Positions 17,340 through 27,659 of a stretch of 64,000 bases of DNA are shown here, piece by piece; the first letter of the stretch is position 1; each line of letters begins with the position of its first letter. The notes under the pieces were generated by a model that saw only the letters and a program-made list of their open reading frames with translations, had not been told where the DNA came from and searched no databases. Source of the DNA: a virus; IMG/VR virus record IMGVR_UViG_3300029574_000202; one strand, given 5' to 3'. The position numbers and the translations under genes were made by a program.

Positions 17340-18133
17340 AGCCAATGCTCGCTACAAAATACAATAAAGCACAGGTTAAATTCCCGTGCTTTGTTCAACC
17401 AAAGTACGACGGAGTACGTTGTCTTCTATATGAAGATGGTGATGGATTTATACACTTAGAGTCAAGGGGCGGTAAGGAATACAATGTTCCACAAATCAAA
17501 GATTGGGCAGAGCATCACAGAAGATACCTGCCATTGGATGGTGAGATATACAGCCATAAAGAACTCACATTTCAGCAAATTTGTTCTGCAGTAAAATGCA
17601 AAACTGAGCTAACGGACAAGCTCAAAATGGTTGTATACGACAAACCAGTAAAAGAGCAAGGGTTCGAAACGCGCTTTGTAAACCTGCAATGTGAGATACC
17701 AGCAGATAAAACCATTTGGCCAGTGTATCGCTCTAATACATACATGTGTCACTCCGAAGAACAAATAAAAGAGTTACACGATAAGTTTGTAAGGCAAGGA
17801 TATGAGGGAGCTATAATACGCAATATAGGACACGGGTATGTAGAAGGACTAAGCAATGACCTGATGAAATTAAAAGTGTTTGACACAACGGAGTTTGAAG
17901 TTGTTGATGTATTGGAAGCAGGAGGCAACGATTCTGGTACGGCTATATTTGTGCTAAAAGCGGAAAACTCCAACTTCTGTGCACGTCCTACTGGTTCCAG
18001 GGAACTTCGTGCTAAGTACCTCAATGAGAGAAACAAGTTAATAGGAAAGAAGGCTACCATACAGCATCAAGGATATACCGATGCGATGGTTCCTCGTTTC
18101 CCAGTAATGATAAATATTAGAGACTATGAATGA
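17336..18133 (+). CDS. ATP-dependent DNA ligase (compact, about 265 aa)
   Basis: Motif I KYDGVR (KxDG), motif IV EGAIIR and motif V LMKLKVF. The size is typical of minimal phage or Chlorella-virus-type ligases. Confidence 0.8.
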   Translation: MKPMLATKYNKAQVKFPCFVQPKYDGVRCLLYEDGDGFIHLESRGGKEYNVPQIKDWAEHHRRYLPLDGEIYSHKELTFQQICSAVKCKTELTDKLKMVVYDKPVKEQGFETRFVNLQCEIPADKTIWPVYRSNTYMCHSEEQIKELHDKFVRQGYEGAIIRNIGHGYVEGLSNDLMKLKVFDTTEFEVVDVLEAGGNDSGTAIFVLKAENSNFCARPTGSRELRAKYLNERNKLIGKKATIQHQGYTDAMVPRFPVMINIRDYE

Positions 18134-18452
18134 AACGATAGAAAAAGTTGCCAAACTATGTGGCTGGAAGGTCTATATTGACAATACGATTTTTGAATTT
18201 GAAAAAATGATAGGAACTCAGGATTTTGTGTTTGCCATATCATACAAAGAAGAGAGCTTGCAATCATTTGTCTTTCAAATAGAAAATTACCTAAAGAACT
18301 TTGATGTGGATTATGAAACATCAATATGGATTGGGAAAGATGGCCACGGAAAAAACGGAGCACCATACCATATAAAAGACATATTAGACGAAATGTATTC
18401 AGCAAAAGAGCAAATAGCAACATTGCTATACGAGCTAAAAAGGAAACTATGA
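18126..18452 (+). CDS. hypothetical protein (108 aa)
   Basis: ORF. Confidence 0.4.
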   Translation: MNETIEKVAKLCGWKVYIDNTIFEFEKMIGTQDFVFAISYKEESLQSFVFQIENYLKNFDVDYETSIWIGKDGHGKNGAPYHIKDILDEMYSAKEQIATLLYELKRKL

Positions 18453-18691
18453 AAGAATTTAGAAATTACCAAAAGGTAACACGCAAACAGCTTGAAGAAG
18501 CTTATGCAGAAGAAATGGAATGGTATAAAGCGAATCACATTAAGCGCGATTTCGACAAGTACACGGAATGTTTCTGGCTTCTATTCAATGATGGAGCAAA
18601 TTCCTATATGTGGGCAATAGACACCGTGTGCGAAAATTTTCCTGAATGCAACAGAACCGAGCTTGAAAACGTATTGGACAAGTACATTTAG
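18449..18691 (+). CDS. hypothetical protein (about 80 aa, MKEFRNYQK...)
   Basis: ATGA overlap with the previous gene. The upstream part of the track ORF from 18326 is rejected. Confidence 0.4.
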   Translation: MKEFRNYQKVTRKQLEEAYAEEMEWYKANHIKRDFDKYTECFWLLFNDGANSYMWAIDTVCENFPECNRTELENVLDKYI

Positions 18692-18952
18692 TAATTAAAA
18701 ATAAATCAAATATGAATAGTTACAAAATTTACATTAAAGAAACACTCAGTCGTATCGTTGATATAAAAGCAGAATCACCACAAGATGCCTTGAAAGAGGT
18801 CAAACGTATGTATCGACACGAAGAAATTGTTCTCGACGATGGAGATTACGATGGTGTCGATTTTAATATAGTGTAAAAAATTGGTTTAACACAATAATTT
18901 CTGACTTGATGCGTTAGTATTAGAAAGCACTAACTAAAGCTGAGCTAACGGC

Positions 18953-19300
18953 ATGACGGGCGCATCATTTATGGGAAATAATCAATTTATGGCTGGAGGC
19001 ATGTTGCCTGCAGGAGATGTAAAACCTGCGAGTAGTCAAAAGAAAACAGTGGAAGACAATACGGAAGTAGCAGATTGGATAAGCCGATTTGCAAAACTTG
19101 GAACAATAATTTCCTTGTTGTTCGTTTTTTGCATACCGTTCTTTATCCTTACTGATGAAGATTTGACGTTTGCTTCGGCATTGCCGGTTCTTATGACAGC
19201 AATAACGAGTTTAATCGCATCTGTAGGCATGCTCGGTTTTTCGTGGGTTGTGAGGGCATGTATTGTATATCTTAATAATAACGGACATATCACAAAATAG
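18953..19300 (+). CDS. hypothetical membrane protein (115 aa, 2 TM helices)
   Basis: Hydrophobic segments IISLLFVFCIPFFIL and LPVLMTAITSLIASVGMLGF. Confidence 0.4.
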   Translation: MTGASFMGNNQFMAGGMLPAGDVKPASSQKKTVEDNTEVADWISRFAKLGTIISLLFVFCIPFFILTDEDLTFASALPVLMTAITSLIASVGMLGFSWVVRACIVYLNNNGHITK

Positions 19301-19477
19301 AGAAATACAATACCACATTACGCAAAGATGATGGTATCATCATGATACTCAATATCGGATACAGGCATGAAGATTTTAACCAGTACGTTAAGCCATCAGC
19401 ACACCGCAACAAGGGAAACTGGGATTCACAAATAAAATAATATTATAATACTTTCTTGCAGAAACAAAAAAAAATGC

Positions 19478-19700
19478 GTACCTTTACACCAGTAAAGCTG
19501 ATTAAATATAAAATGGGTTGGCACTTCCTCGGCGTAACCCCCAAAAGCTCCGGTCGCCAACCCTACAAATTCAAACGAAAGATAAAGGTACAATAAAAGG
19601 CATCGTAAAAGAAGCGAAAATTAAGTCCAAGATTAGATGAGGGTAGGGACACCTCTATGGTCTACCCCCGTCTTGCTTCTTTACGGTGTCTCGTGTTTTA
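19478..19700. terminator. Convergent-transcription terminator zone with nested hairpins; possible small structured RNA
   Basis: Outer stem GTACCTTTAC (19478-19487) pairs with TAAAGGTAC (19583-19591). It encloses the inner stem GGGTTGGC (19515-19522) / GCCAACCC (19556-19563). A second hairpin is GGGTAG (19641-19646) / CTACCC (19662-19667). The zone lies between the end of the plus-strand gene at 19300 and the stop of the minus-strand gene at 19701. Confidence 0.4.
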
Positions 19701-21281
19701 TTAGAAGTTATATTCTTTTATTTCCAGAATACCATCACGTAGTATAGCGCATAAAACGTTTCTCAAAGGAGTATTAGAGTTATTGCTTTTTAGTACTCCC
19801 AACATTCGCTTGTATCCATCTATAAGCTTCTCTTCTTCAAACATAGAAGGCTCGTGGAAATATAAGCAAACATCATGATATTCGGCTGCGACATCTTCTC
19901 TTAAGTTGAATTTCTTTAATTGCCGACTCTTGTTTAGCAGTTGGTTTCTATAATCCACGGTGTTACTAGTAATAGATGCCAAGTCCATCAAGCGGCCGTC
20001 TAAAACCATGTCAAGAGCAGCCATCTCTTTCCCCGTTTTGTCTTTCTTACCTTCTTCGCAAAATATAACACTATGTCCATCAGAAAATGCCTTTTCTAAA
20101 AATTCATTTTCTAAATCGTCACCATCCATCGTTCCGTTAAAAAAGTCTTTTGCAGTATAGTTGTGCTTGTTATGACTTATGTGAACAGCTTTGACGCCAC
20201 CTGCGGAATTTATTTCAACATCCTTATAGTTTGTATCATTCTTGAGTTTCTGATACTCGTTTCTTTTTCGAACGACCAAACGCACTTCCTTATCTGCAAT
20301 AAAATTAGCGTTATCAGCAAGAAAGTAAGGTAAACTTTTATTAGATTTTATCTTATCAGCGTTGTTCGATATCCACTTGTTAAAACTGCTTGGGACATCG
20401 GTGTATAATTTCTTCGGGCCTTCGCCCCAATACTCTTCTTCAGTCATTATAACGGGTACAGCGTAGCACATGCAGTTAACGTGCCAACCACTCCAAGGGA
20501 AGCCATTGGGGTATTTTCCGGCAAGTTCATCGCACATATCCTCTTTAGGGTGGCTCCCACTTGTTCTGATTTCAATGCCCTTGACAAAATCAAAGCGACG
20601 CCAACGTTCCTGCTCTGCAGTGCGATAAGCCATGTTTATCTCGTTGCGAGCGAGTCTAACACTACGATATTCGCACCCTGAAACATCTATCGCTTTACCA
20701 TATTTCTTCTTGTAATCTTTAGCAAGCGAAGGATAATCATTTAGATATTTACTAACACGTTTACTAAGCTTAACAGCGCTCATACCCTTCTCTATCCCCG
20801 TGGCCAATGCTCGCTCCAATGACTTCTTAACATCCTCCCTTTGATTCCAAATACGTTGAGACAGATTCATTCCTTTTATTGTTCGATTCTTGAACGCTTC
20901 TTTTGCGGCATTATTCTTCTCGTAGTATGCCTTAACTCGCTTTTGCCCTATACGCCTTGAGTAAGACTTAATGACTCTGCGCACAAGCAAGTCTTGGAGA
21001 GTGTTGCTACTTTCCCATTCGTTAGATATTCCACTGTAAACAAGTGTTTGCATATTACTTGAATAGTAATTGAGCAGAGATTTCACTCTACGTTCGGTCT
21101 TGGGATAATTAGAAAAAGAAAACTCATCGCTGCCGTCATAACCTACATCAACAGCAAGTTTTGCAGCCTCTTTTGCGAGCATTGCATATATAGCCAACAC
21201 CTTTCTAGTGTATTGGTTCAGTCTTTTGGACAGGTCTTTGTACGCTTTCTTTTGATTTGGTGTGCTTATTTTTGCCATCAC
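19701..21281 (-). CDS. Phage head morphogenesis protein, Mu gpF / SPP1 gp7 family
   Basis: RLARNEINMAYRTAEQERW...GIEIRTSGSHPKEDMCDELAGKYP...WHVNCMCY is the canonical Phage_Mu_F C-terminal domain ending in H.NC.C. Length 526 aa. Confidence 0.85.
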   Translation of the reverse strand: MMAKISTPNQKKAYKDLSKRLNQYTRKVLAIYAMLAKEAAKLAVDVGYDGSDEFSFSNYPKTERRVKSLLNYYSSNMQTLVYSGISNEWESSNTLQDLLVRRVIKSYSRRIGQKRVKAYYEKNNAAKEAFKNRTIKGMNLSQRIWNQREDVKKSLERALATGIEKGMSAVKLSKRVSKYLNDYPSLAKDYKKKYGKAIDVSGCEYRSVRLARNEINMAYRTAEQERWRRFDFVKGIEIRTSGSHPKEDMCDELAGKYPNGFPWSGWHVNCMCYAVPVIMTEEEYWGEGPKKLYTDVPSSFNKWISNNADKIKSNKSLPYFLADNANFIADKEVRLVVRKRNEYQKLKNDTNYKDVEINSAGGVKAVHISHNKHNYTAKDFFNGTMDGDDLENEFLEKAFSDGHSVIFCEEGKKDKTGKEMAALDMVLDGRLMDLASITSNTVDYRNQLLNKSRQLKKFNLREDVAAEYHDVCLYFHEPSMFEEEKLIDGYKRMLGVLKSNNSNTPLRNVLCAILRDGILEIKEYNF

Positions 21282-21447
21282 AGCTTATGTTTGAAATATT
21301 CGCAGCAATCATGATTTAACAACATACTATGCCTTTGGAAATCACATTTGCAAAGTATTGGTTCATTAAGAAGGCTCATGCTGTGAAATTCACGAGCATG
21401 AGCACAATCCTTACAGAAATATTTTATTTTTACACTTCTATTCTTTG

Positions 21448-22908
21448 TCATTCTTCAGAAAATAGGTTGGACATAGATTGAGCAGACCTTTCACTCTCGG
21501 CTTGCTCTTCTTTTTGTATTTCATCGTATGTATCATCAGCGTTGTCGGTAAGGTTAGCCCGGCGTATAGCTTCCTTGTGACTGATAACAGGCTTGTTTCC
21601 GTCAGCTTTCATCCATTTTTCTATCTCTGCAGCCTCATCCTCTTGTATAAATGGAGTAATCACATGCTCAATAGAAATTTCATCCAACCGCGAAGCCCAG
21701 CTTGTATTCATCTTTGCAAGAAAAGCCTTTATCACATTAGACTCTCTCTCAAAACCTTCTATCCATTTGCCCGCCTCTTCACCGATTTTAAGATGAGCAT
21801 CCATAAGAAGGGTTTTACGCGAGTCGTACCCAATATTACCAAGAGACTTCATGTTCTCAAATGAAATATCAGGCATTTGTGACTGCATGAAGTATAGTTT
21901 AATCAGCGTATCTACGTGATACTTCAAAGCATCAATAGCCTGTTGCCAAGAGACATAACTAACATCGCCATCCTCAGTAACCCTATATACCCGTCGAGTC
22001 TCACCTTTATGCTCTTCCCCGACAATAGACCCTGCAACCTTTAATATTGGAGCCGAGTTATATGCTATAACATCACTATTACGAGATATTGTATATTCTA
22101 TATTCTCACGTATAGGCTTCAGACCCTCCCAACACGGCTCGTTTCGATACCAATAAACCGCCGGTATCTTTTCTATACTTATCTCGTCGCTTATTATAGG
22201 CTGCCATCCGTTTGCATTATCTTCTGAGGATAAGCTCCATTTGTAATGATGAGTAGCGGTGAATGTTTCAAAGAAAGTTATCTTTGTATCAGCAACTTTC
22301 TTTTCATACTCAAAAGAAAGGGCAAGCAAATCTTCGTATTCATCGAATAAAGGATAAATACGAACACCATCCATAGGTGAAAATGTGCGACATTTAAGTT
22401 TGTACTCGCTATCAAAACCATACAGTTTATTCCTCTTCCGCTGCGTATACCAAAGTGTAAACATTTCGCACGAAGCATAAAGGCATTTTGCACGCTTCAT
22501 ATTCTCAGCATCAATATGTGCGTTAGTATAAATCTTTTCTATCGCTTTAGCTATTGATTTAAGAGTGTCGTCATTCCGATCATACGAGTATACACGCTTT
22601 ACAGGAATAGATACAGTAAATTCAGAAATGCGTCGTGTCAGCAATTTTTCAAGACCGATAGGAATACGTGCCGCCTTCTCTACTGCACCTCCAGGCAGTT
22701 CCTTGTCTCGTCGTCCTACTTTATCTTCCACAATTTCGTGAAGACGAGGTTCGTACTCTGTAATTAATTGACTCCAACTTGGAACAGAAACAGATCTCTC
22801 TTTTAGCCTACCAATGATAGTAGAAACATCTGTGTGAGAAAAAATTTCATCTAAATCTATCATACTCTTTTCTTGCAAAAATAAAAATATATGCTGAGAA
22901 ATATTCAA
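21448..22908 (-). CDS. Portal protein (putative)
   Basis: A 486-aa ORF immediately upstream of, and co-oriented with, the Mu-F-like gene; size and position fit a portal. The start may be at 22863 (MIDLDEIF). Confidence 0.55.
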   Translation of the reverse strand: MNISQHIFLFLQEKSMIDLDEIFSHTDVSTIIGRLKERSVSVPSWSQLITEYEPRLHEIVEDKVGRRDKELPGGAVEKAARIPIGLEKLLTRRISEFTVSIPVKRVYSYDRNDDTLKSIAKAIEKIYTNAHIDAENMKRAKCLYASCEMFTLWYTQRKRNKLYGFDSEYKLKCRTFSPMDGVRIYPLFDEYEDLLALSFEYEKKVADTKITFFETFTATHHYKWSLSSEDNANGWQPIISDEISIEKIPAVYWYRNEPCWEGLKPIRENIEYTISRNSDVIAYNSAPILKVAGSIVGEEHKGETRRVYRVTEDGDVSYVSWQQAIDALKYHVDTLIKLYFMQSQMPDISFENMKSLGNIGYDSRKTLLMDAHLKIGEEAGKWIEGFERESNVIKAFLAKMNTSWASRLDEISIEHVITPFIQEDEAAEIEKWMKADGNKPVISHKEAIRRANLTDNADDTYDEIQKEEQAESERSAQSMSNLFSEE

Positions 22909-22910
22909 AA

Positions 22911-23043
22911 TTTAGTATTTTTAACTAAAATATCTATTAGTATATTTGCATATATACGAATATATTAGTACCTTTGCATATAGTTAAGAAGCAGGTAGAA
23001 TTGACTAACAGGTCGCTACCTAACAAGTTAAACCAATTAAAAC
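22911..23043 (+). promoter_or_regulatory. Repeated promoter-leader cassette, copy C
   Basis: Near-identical to copies A and B. Followed by aacattaaagattATG, the same start context as copy A. Confidence 0.6.
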
Positions 23044-23053
23044 ATTAAAGATT

Positions 23054-23476
23054 ATGAAAGCAATAAAGAACAATGAGTTTAAGAACAAATCAAATGAAAC
23101 ACTTGAAAAGTGTTCACAGAGAGTTTATTCAATACTGAAAGATACTAACTGGAATGTGGAATATGTATATACAACCTACAAAGGCGTTATTTTAAGGATT
23201 TGCCTTAACGGAAAAAGAAATACGGAGTTGGATTTAGTTTGGAAGGAGCAAACAAAATACGAAAGCGAGTCATTCACGACAAACGTAAGAACCGCAGGCT
23301 CATTTGACCTATTTTCAGGAAACGAATCTGGAACAGAAGCTAACTTTTACAAAGAAGTCGGCATTCTTATTTCAAACGTAGAAGTGCTTTCAAAAATCAA
23401 AGAAGCAGCAAAAGATTGCTCCGCAGAAATGGAAACTTTAGAAATAGAATACTCAAAACTCAAAGATAAAGATTAA
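23054..23476 (+). CDS. hypothetical protein (140 aa); N-terminus MKAIKN, compare the ORF at 2905
   Basis: ORF downstream of cassette copy C. Confidence 0.4.
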   Translation: MKAIKNNEFKNKSNETLEKCSQRVYSILKDTNWNVEYVYTTYKGVILRICLNGKRNTELDLVWKEQTKYESESFTTNVRTAGSFDLFSGNESGTEANFYKEVGILISNVEVLSKIKEAAKDCSAEMETLEIEYSKLKDKD

Positions 23477-23477
23477 T

Positions 23478-23678
23478 ATGATTACGGCAACAGAACCAGT
23501 AGTAAATGCAACGTCACGCTACAGCATAGCTGAAGCTGCAAAAATATTGGGAGTTCATAGAAATTCGATAATGAACTACACGAAATCAGGTTTGTTAAAA
23601 TGCGGTATCAGAAAAGCTACGAAGCGTAAATTCTACACAGGTATAGAAATCCTAAAATTTTGGAGAGCAAGCATATGA
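23478..23678 (+). CDS. Small HTH DNA-binding protein (excisionase/MerR-like)
   Basis: SIAEAAKILGVHRNSIMNYTKSGLL is a typical helix-turn-helix; length 66 aa. Confidence 0.5.
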   Translation: MITATEPVVNATSRYSIAEAAKILGVHRNSIMNYTKSGLLKCGIRKATKRKFYTGIEILKFWRASI

Positions 23679-23770
23679 AAGATAAAGATACAGTTTTAAG
23701 CATGGTATATACCGTGCTGTTCGTAATAGAGATGATATTCGTAATATTAATATTTCATTAGACAGTAAAT

Positions 23771-24070
23771 ATGATAGCACTAGAATTTATAGGAACAATA
23801 ACGGAGGATGCGCAGATTATCACAACTGTTGACAACAAAAAAGAGATTACATTCCCTGTTGATGTCAAAAGGGGCATAGACAAGAACGGATTGGACAAGT
23901 CTATAGTTATCTATTGCAAAAAGAAAGGCACTTGTTCTTCAGATAAGCGCTTAGTTAGAGATCAGAAAATCTTTATCCGCGGAGACATCAATGCGTCTTT
24001 AAAGCAAGTATGCACAGGAGTTAATCGAGCTGTGATAGAATGTGTAATTTGGCAATTTGAATTATTATGA
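23771..24070 (+). CDS. hypothetical protein (99 aa)
   Basis: ORF. Confidence 0.35.
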   Translation: MIALEFIGTITEDAQIITTVDNKKEITFPVDVKRGIDKNGLDKSIVIYCKKKGTCSSDKRLVRDQKIFIRGDINASLKQVCTGVNRAVIECVIWQFELL

Positions 24071-24311
24071 TAGACTGGAATGCATTTTATGCCAACGGTG
24101 GATATTATGGAGAGAACGATCCTCAATGCTACGACGATGGGCATTATGAAGAGTTCGATGAAGAAGATTCCGAAGAAGAGAAAGAGGAAGACGAGCTTTA
24201 GCCTATGGAAACAATGGATAAAGAAGCCTACGAAATCAAGAAAGACGGCATGACGCGAGCTGAACGTAGAGCGTACAAGCGTATGCTGGCGAAACAAAAG
24301 AAAACAAACTC

Positions 24312-24812
24312 ATGGAAAAAGAAATAAGAATACCGATTTTGGGTGTAATTGAAGAAAGCGAAACCTATACTGGGAACGAACGCTATTTTCTTGACTATTA
24401 CCCACATGGCGAAGGAGTTTATCTTGTAAAGATAGGTAGCTGTTCCAGGGAGTTACGCGATGTGCGCATCCGAAACGAAAAAACACCAAATGACAGAATA
24501 AAGTGCGATTTTGGCATATTCCCTATTCGTTCGTCGGCTATTGTCGAGGAGATAAAGAAGGAGCACGAAGCAACGTTAAAGGATTATATCGAGGAGTGTT
24601 GCGTCAAGATACTAACCTCGGTAAACGCCAATCGTGACGATGTGAGAAATGTAGACGAGAAAATGAGTGTCCTCATAAAACAACTCGCCTCTGATGCCAC
24701 ATGCCTCAAAGAAACTCTCAATTCTATCAAGGAAGATAGCGTTGCATCCAGCAACGGAATTAGCGAAAAGACTTTGCTTGGAGCACTGGAAATTGTAACA
24801 AAAAGACAATAA
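24312..24812 (+). CDS. hypothetical protein (166 aa)
   Basis: ORF. Confidence 0.4.
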   Translation: MEKEIRIPILGVIEESETYTGNERYFLDYYPHGEGVYLVKIGSCSRELRDVRIRNEKTPNDRIKCDFGIFPIRSSAIVEEIKKEHEATLKDYIEECCVKILTSVNANRDDVRNVDEKMSVLIKQLASDATCLKETLNSIKEDSVASSNGISEKTLLGALEIVTKRQ

Positions 24813-24813
24813 T

Positions 24814-25029
24814 ATGGCAAACGAAAACAACAAACCTTATTTTCTTTTGGTGTTTCAGAAGAATGACCCTATGCCGTCCATTGTATCAGCAGATGTGATT
24901 GCGGCGATGTATCCATACGCTGAAAAAAAAATGGTTGATATTACAACCACGGATGGCGATTGTATGGGCTTCGAGAACGTCGAGTTGTTTAAAATGGTTC
25001 CTGCCGAGGAAATTAACTTTAACATGTAA
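24814..25029 (+). CDS. hypothetical protein (71 aa)
   Basis: ORF abutting the previous stop. Confidence 0.3.
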   Translation: MANENNKPYFLLVFQKNDPMPSIVSADVIAAMYPYAEKKMVDITTTDGDCMGFENVELFKMVPAEEINFNM

Positions 25030-25040
25030 CAACAACAGAT

Positions 25041-25367
25041 ATGAAGAAAACAATCAAAGAATTTATTAACAGGCTGCGCGATGCGTGGTCTATCATAAAA
25101 GGAGATGATTACATCTTTGTTTCTTACGAAAAGGGCGTAGACGAACAGTATGCGCGCTACACCGCAAGCCTTATTTCGGGCGTTCGTTGGTTTAGCAAGA
25201 ACAACAGCGTAAGTATATATCCTCGTATTGATATGCTTCAAGACTTGCTTAGCAGCGGCAACAGCATTATGATGCTCACAAAGGATGCTGACGGTACGCT
25301 GACTTACTGCTACGACTGCAAGTCGGAAGAAGATTTCAACGACTTAATCAGCATGGAGGTAAGATAA
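25041..25367 (+). CDS. hypothetical protein (108 aa)
   Basis: ORF. Confidence 0.35.
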   Translation: MKKTIKEFINRLRDAWSIIKGDDYIFVSYEKGVDEQYARYTASLISGVRWFSKNNSVSIYPRIDMLQDLLSSGNSIMMLTKDADGTLTYCYDCKSEEDFNDLISMEVR

Positions 25368-25529
25368 CATGAAAAGTGAGATTTACTTCGTAAACATGGA
25401 TGGCAATATCTACTTCAAGGTTGAAGATGGTGTTGTGTACTCGCGCGACAGGAAAACCGATGTGTCACCCGACAAACTCTCCGACTTCCTTGCAATAGCT
25501 AAGGAGTTGGGATTTAAAACAGGCAAGTT

Positions 25530-25715
25530 ATGAAAGCTGTACTGACATTAGACAATGGAGAGAAATTTATCGCAGATATTTATCCTCTCCAAGGCAAGAA
25601 ACAACACAAGCCACGTTTCCACGACGAGTACGAGCGGTGGTTTGTCGAAGAGTTTAACAAAGCGCAGCCACGAGCTGCTCACAAGGTGGTGAAGGCGCAC
25701 ATACTAAGAAACTAA
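25530..25715 (+). CDS. hypothetical protein (61 aa)
   Basis: ORF. Confidence 0.3.
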   Translation: MKAVLTLDNGEKFIADIYPLQGKKQHKPRFHDEYERWFVEEFNKAQPRAAHKVVKAHILRN

Positions 25716-25959
25716 TAATACAATAATATGACAGAAGAAAGATTTTACTGCGAACATCCGAGATGTAGCGTTCATAATAAAAAGACGAAAGCACTTGCGT
25801 TACAGAGGTAAGGATATTGAGGTCACGATGATGCGCTTCGGTGACACAATCACATACAGCTTCAAGGATGACACTAACAGCGACGCAAGCCTTGGTAGCA
25901 TGAGCCTTCATCCGATAGCAACAACTATTTACAACATTAACAATGTTTAAAGTCGAATA

Positions 25960-26166
25960 ATGATAGGAATAGTATTAACAATCATCAATGTCATCGGTTT
26001 TGGAGGTACCTGGTACTTTCTCGGCAGAGCTTCAATATACAAAATGATAATAGAGGACTACAAGGAATTGTTGGATATTGCAAGCAGAATGAAAATAACA
26101 ATAGAAGCCTATGAGGCTAAGTATAACACAAAAGAAACGGAGCAAGAAGATGGAGGACAAGATTAA
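25960..26166 (+). CDS. hypothetical small membrane protein (68 aa)
   Basis: N-terminal hydrophobic helix IGIVLTIINVIGFGGTWYFL. Confidence 0.3.
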   Translation: MIGIVLTIINVIGFGGTWYFLGRASIYKMIIEDYKELLDIASRMKITIEAYEAKYNTKETEQEDGGQD

Positions 26167-26168
26167 CA

Positions 26169-26864
26169 TTGCGGAAATACTCCGCGATATGCCAGAAGGC
26201 ACAAAGCTTGCATTCGCCGCTGTTCGGCAAATGCAAGCTTAGAGAAGCTATTAACGACAAAGAGTATCAAATCTCTGTTTATATTAGAGGTGAACAGACG
26301 TTTAGAACTTTCACAAAAGACGGTTGTTATTTTTCTAACATAGAGGGTAGTGAATGCGTCCTCTTTCCTTCTTCAAAGATGCGTTGTTGGGACAAGTTCT
26401 TCAAGCGTGGCGATATTGTGTACAACCCTAACAGCAAAATGTACGCTGTATTTGAGTGTTGGGCAAATGATGATTACACAGAGTTTAATACCACAATCAA
26501 CTACTACAAAGACCAAACCTTTGGCGAAGAGGAAGTGTGCGACACAGAATGTTTTGTAAAGGCAAGTGATGGACAAAAAACATTGTTCATCGCAGCAGTA
26601 GAGAAGCATTACGGCGGCAAGTACAATCCTGAAACGTTGCAAGTAGAGTCTGTTAAGGTTGTTAAACCTAAGTGTCCATTCAAGCCGTTCGACAAGGTGT
26701 TAGTAAGAGATAGTGAAGACAGTGTATGGAAGGCTGGTTATTTTTCCAATTACGACGAAGATGATGAATCCTTACCGTATATTTGCGTAGGTAGTCTTTA
26801 CAAATTGTGCATCCCATACGAGGGAAACGAACACCTTTTAGGTACGGATAAATCTCCCGAATAA
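26169..26864 (+). CDS. hypothetical protein (about 231 aa; the start is uncertain)
   Basis: ORF. An 11-bp perfect inverted repeat AAGCTTGCATT...AATGCAAGCTT at about 26205-26240 lies in its 5' end and may be a terminator for the upstream gene, which would imply a later start. Confidence 0.35.
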   Translation: MRKYSAICQKAQSLHSPLFGKCKLREAINDKEYQISVYIRGEQTFRTFTKDGCYFSNIEGSECVLFPSSKMRCWDKFFKRGDIVYNPNSKMYAVFECWANDDYTEFNTTINYYKDQTFGEEEVCDTECFVKASDGQKTLFIAAVEKHYGGKYNPETLQVESVKVVKPKCPFKPFDKVLVRDSEDSVWKAGYFSNYDEDDESLPYICVGSLYKLCIPYEGNEHLLGTDKSPE

Positions 26865-26868
26865 CAGC

Positions 26869-27120
26869 ATGGCTAAAGATTTCTCGCTTGCAGATGTCAA
26901 GTTCCGCGAGACAGGACATATCGCTTTTGCAGATGAGTATATCACATCGTATGTGTCAACGGACATCGTGCCAAAGATATACATGAGCGTGAATACTCCT
27001 CGTGACGCAACAGGGCTTGTTTCAGGCAAGCCTAAGCGTTACTACCGCACACGATACAGCGCATGGGTAACGGAAAAGACGTTTGCCAAGCAATATCAGA
27101 AAATAAGAGAAAAATTCTAA
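26869..27120 (+). CDS. hypothetical protein (83 aa)
   Basis: ORF. Confidence 0.35.
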   Translation: MAKDFSLADVKFRETGHIAFADEYITSYVSTDIVPKIYMSVNTPRDATGLVSGKPKRYYRTRYSAWVTEKTFAKQYQKIREKF

Positions 27121-27122
27121 GT

Positions 27123-27659
27123 ATGATAAATCTTTCTTTAGATAGACACGATTTTCTATTCGCAGTTGAGGGCTTCGCAGGAGGCTCACACCTCCGTCAA
27201 CACGTCTGGAAAGAGATTGTGTACAAAAGCATACCGCAGATGTCAGACGACGATATGGACTACTTCTGGTTTTATATGCGACGCGACATCTTCAAGCAAT
27301 ACTTCTACGAGCTGAACGGCAAGAAGAACACGCATTTCGGCTACGAGGACTTCATGCACGCCCTCGCTGCTCTGCACAGAGGGAATCGCTACAAGGTGGT
27401 ATTTTACAGCGAAACGGACAAGAAATTACATCAAGTTATCTGTTACCGCTTCGATGGCGAGTATCGACCGCTTTACGCATACAGCATAAATATGAAACTC
27501 GAAAAGAAGTTGGAGTCGTTCAATAGCTTTATACCCCAAAACTCGGTATGGACGGCGAAAAGGCAAGAGTTGCCCAAAAACAAATACGTTGAACTCGGCA
27601 GAGAAGAATGGTGGAACGACTTGGAGATTTACGATAGCTTTAAAACAAAACTATTATGA
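27123..27659 (+). CDS. hypothetical protein (178 aa)
   Basis: ORF; the start is chosen just after the previous stop (MINLSLD). Confidence 0.45.
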   Translation: MINLSLDRHDFLFAVEGFAGGSHLRQHVWKEIVYKSIPQMSDDDMDYFWFYMRRDIFKQYFYELNGKKNTHFGYEDFMHALAALHRGNRYKVVFYSETDKKLHQVICYRFDGEYRPLYAYSINMKLEKKLESFNSFIPQNSVWTAKRQELPKNKYVELGREEWWNDLEIYDSFKTKLL

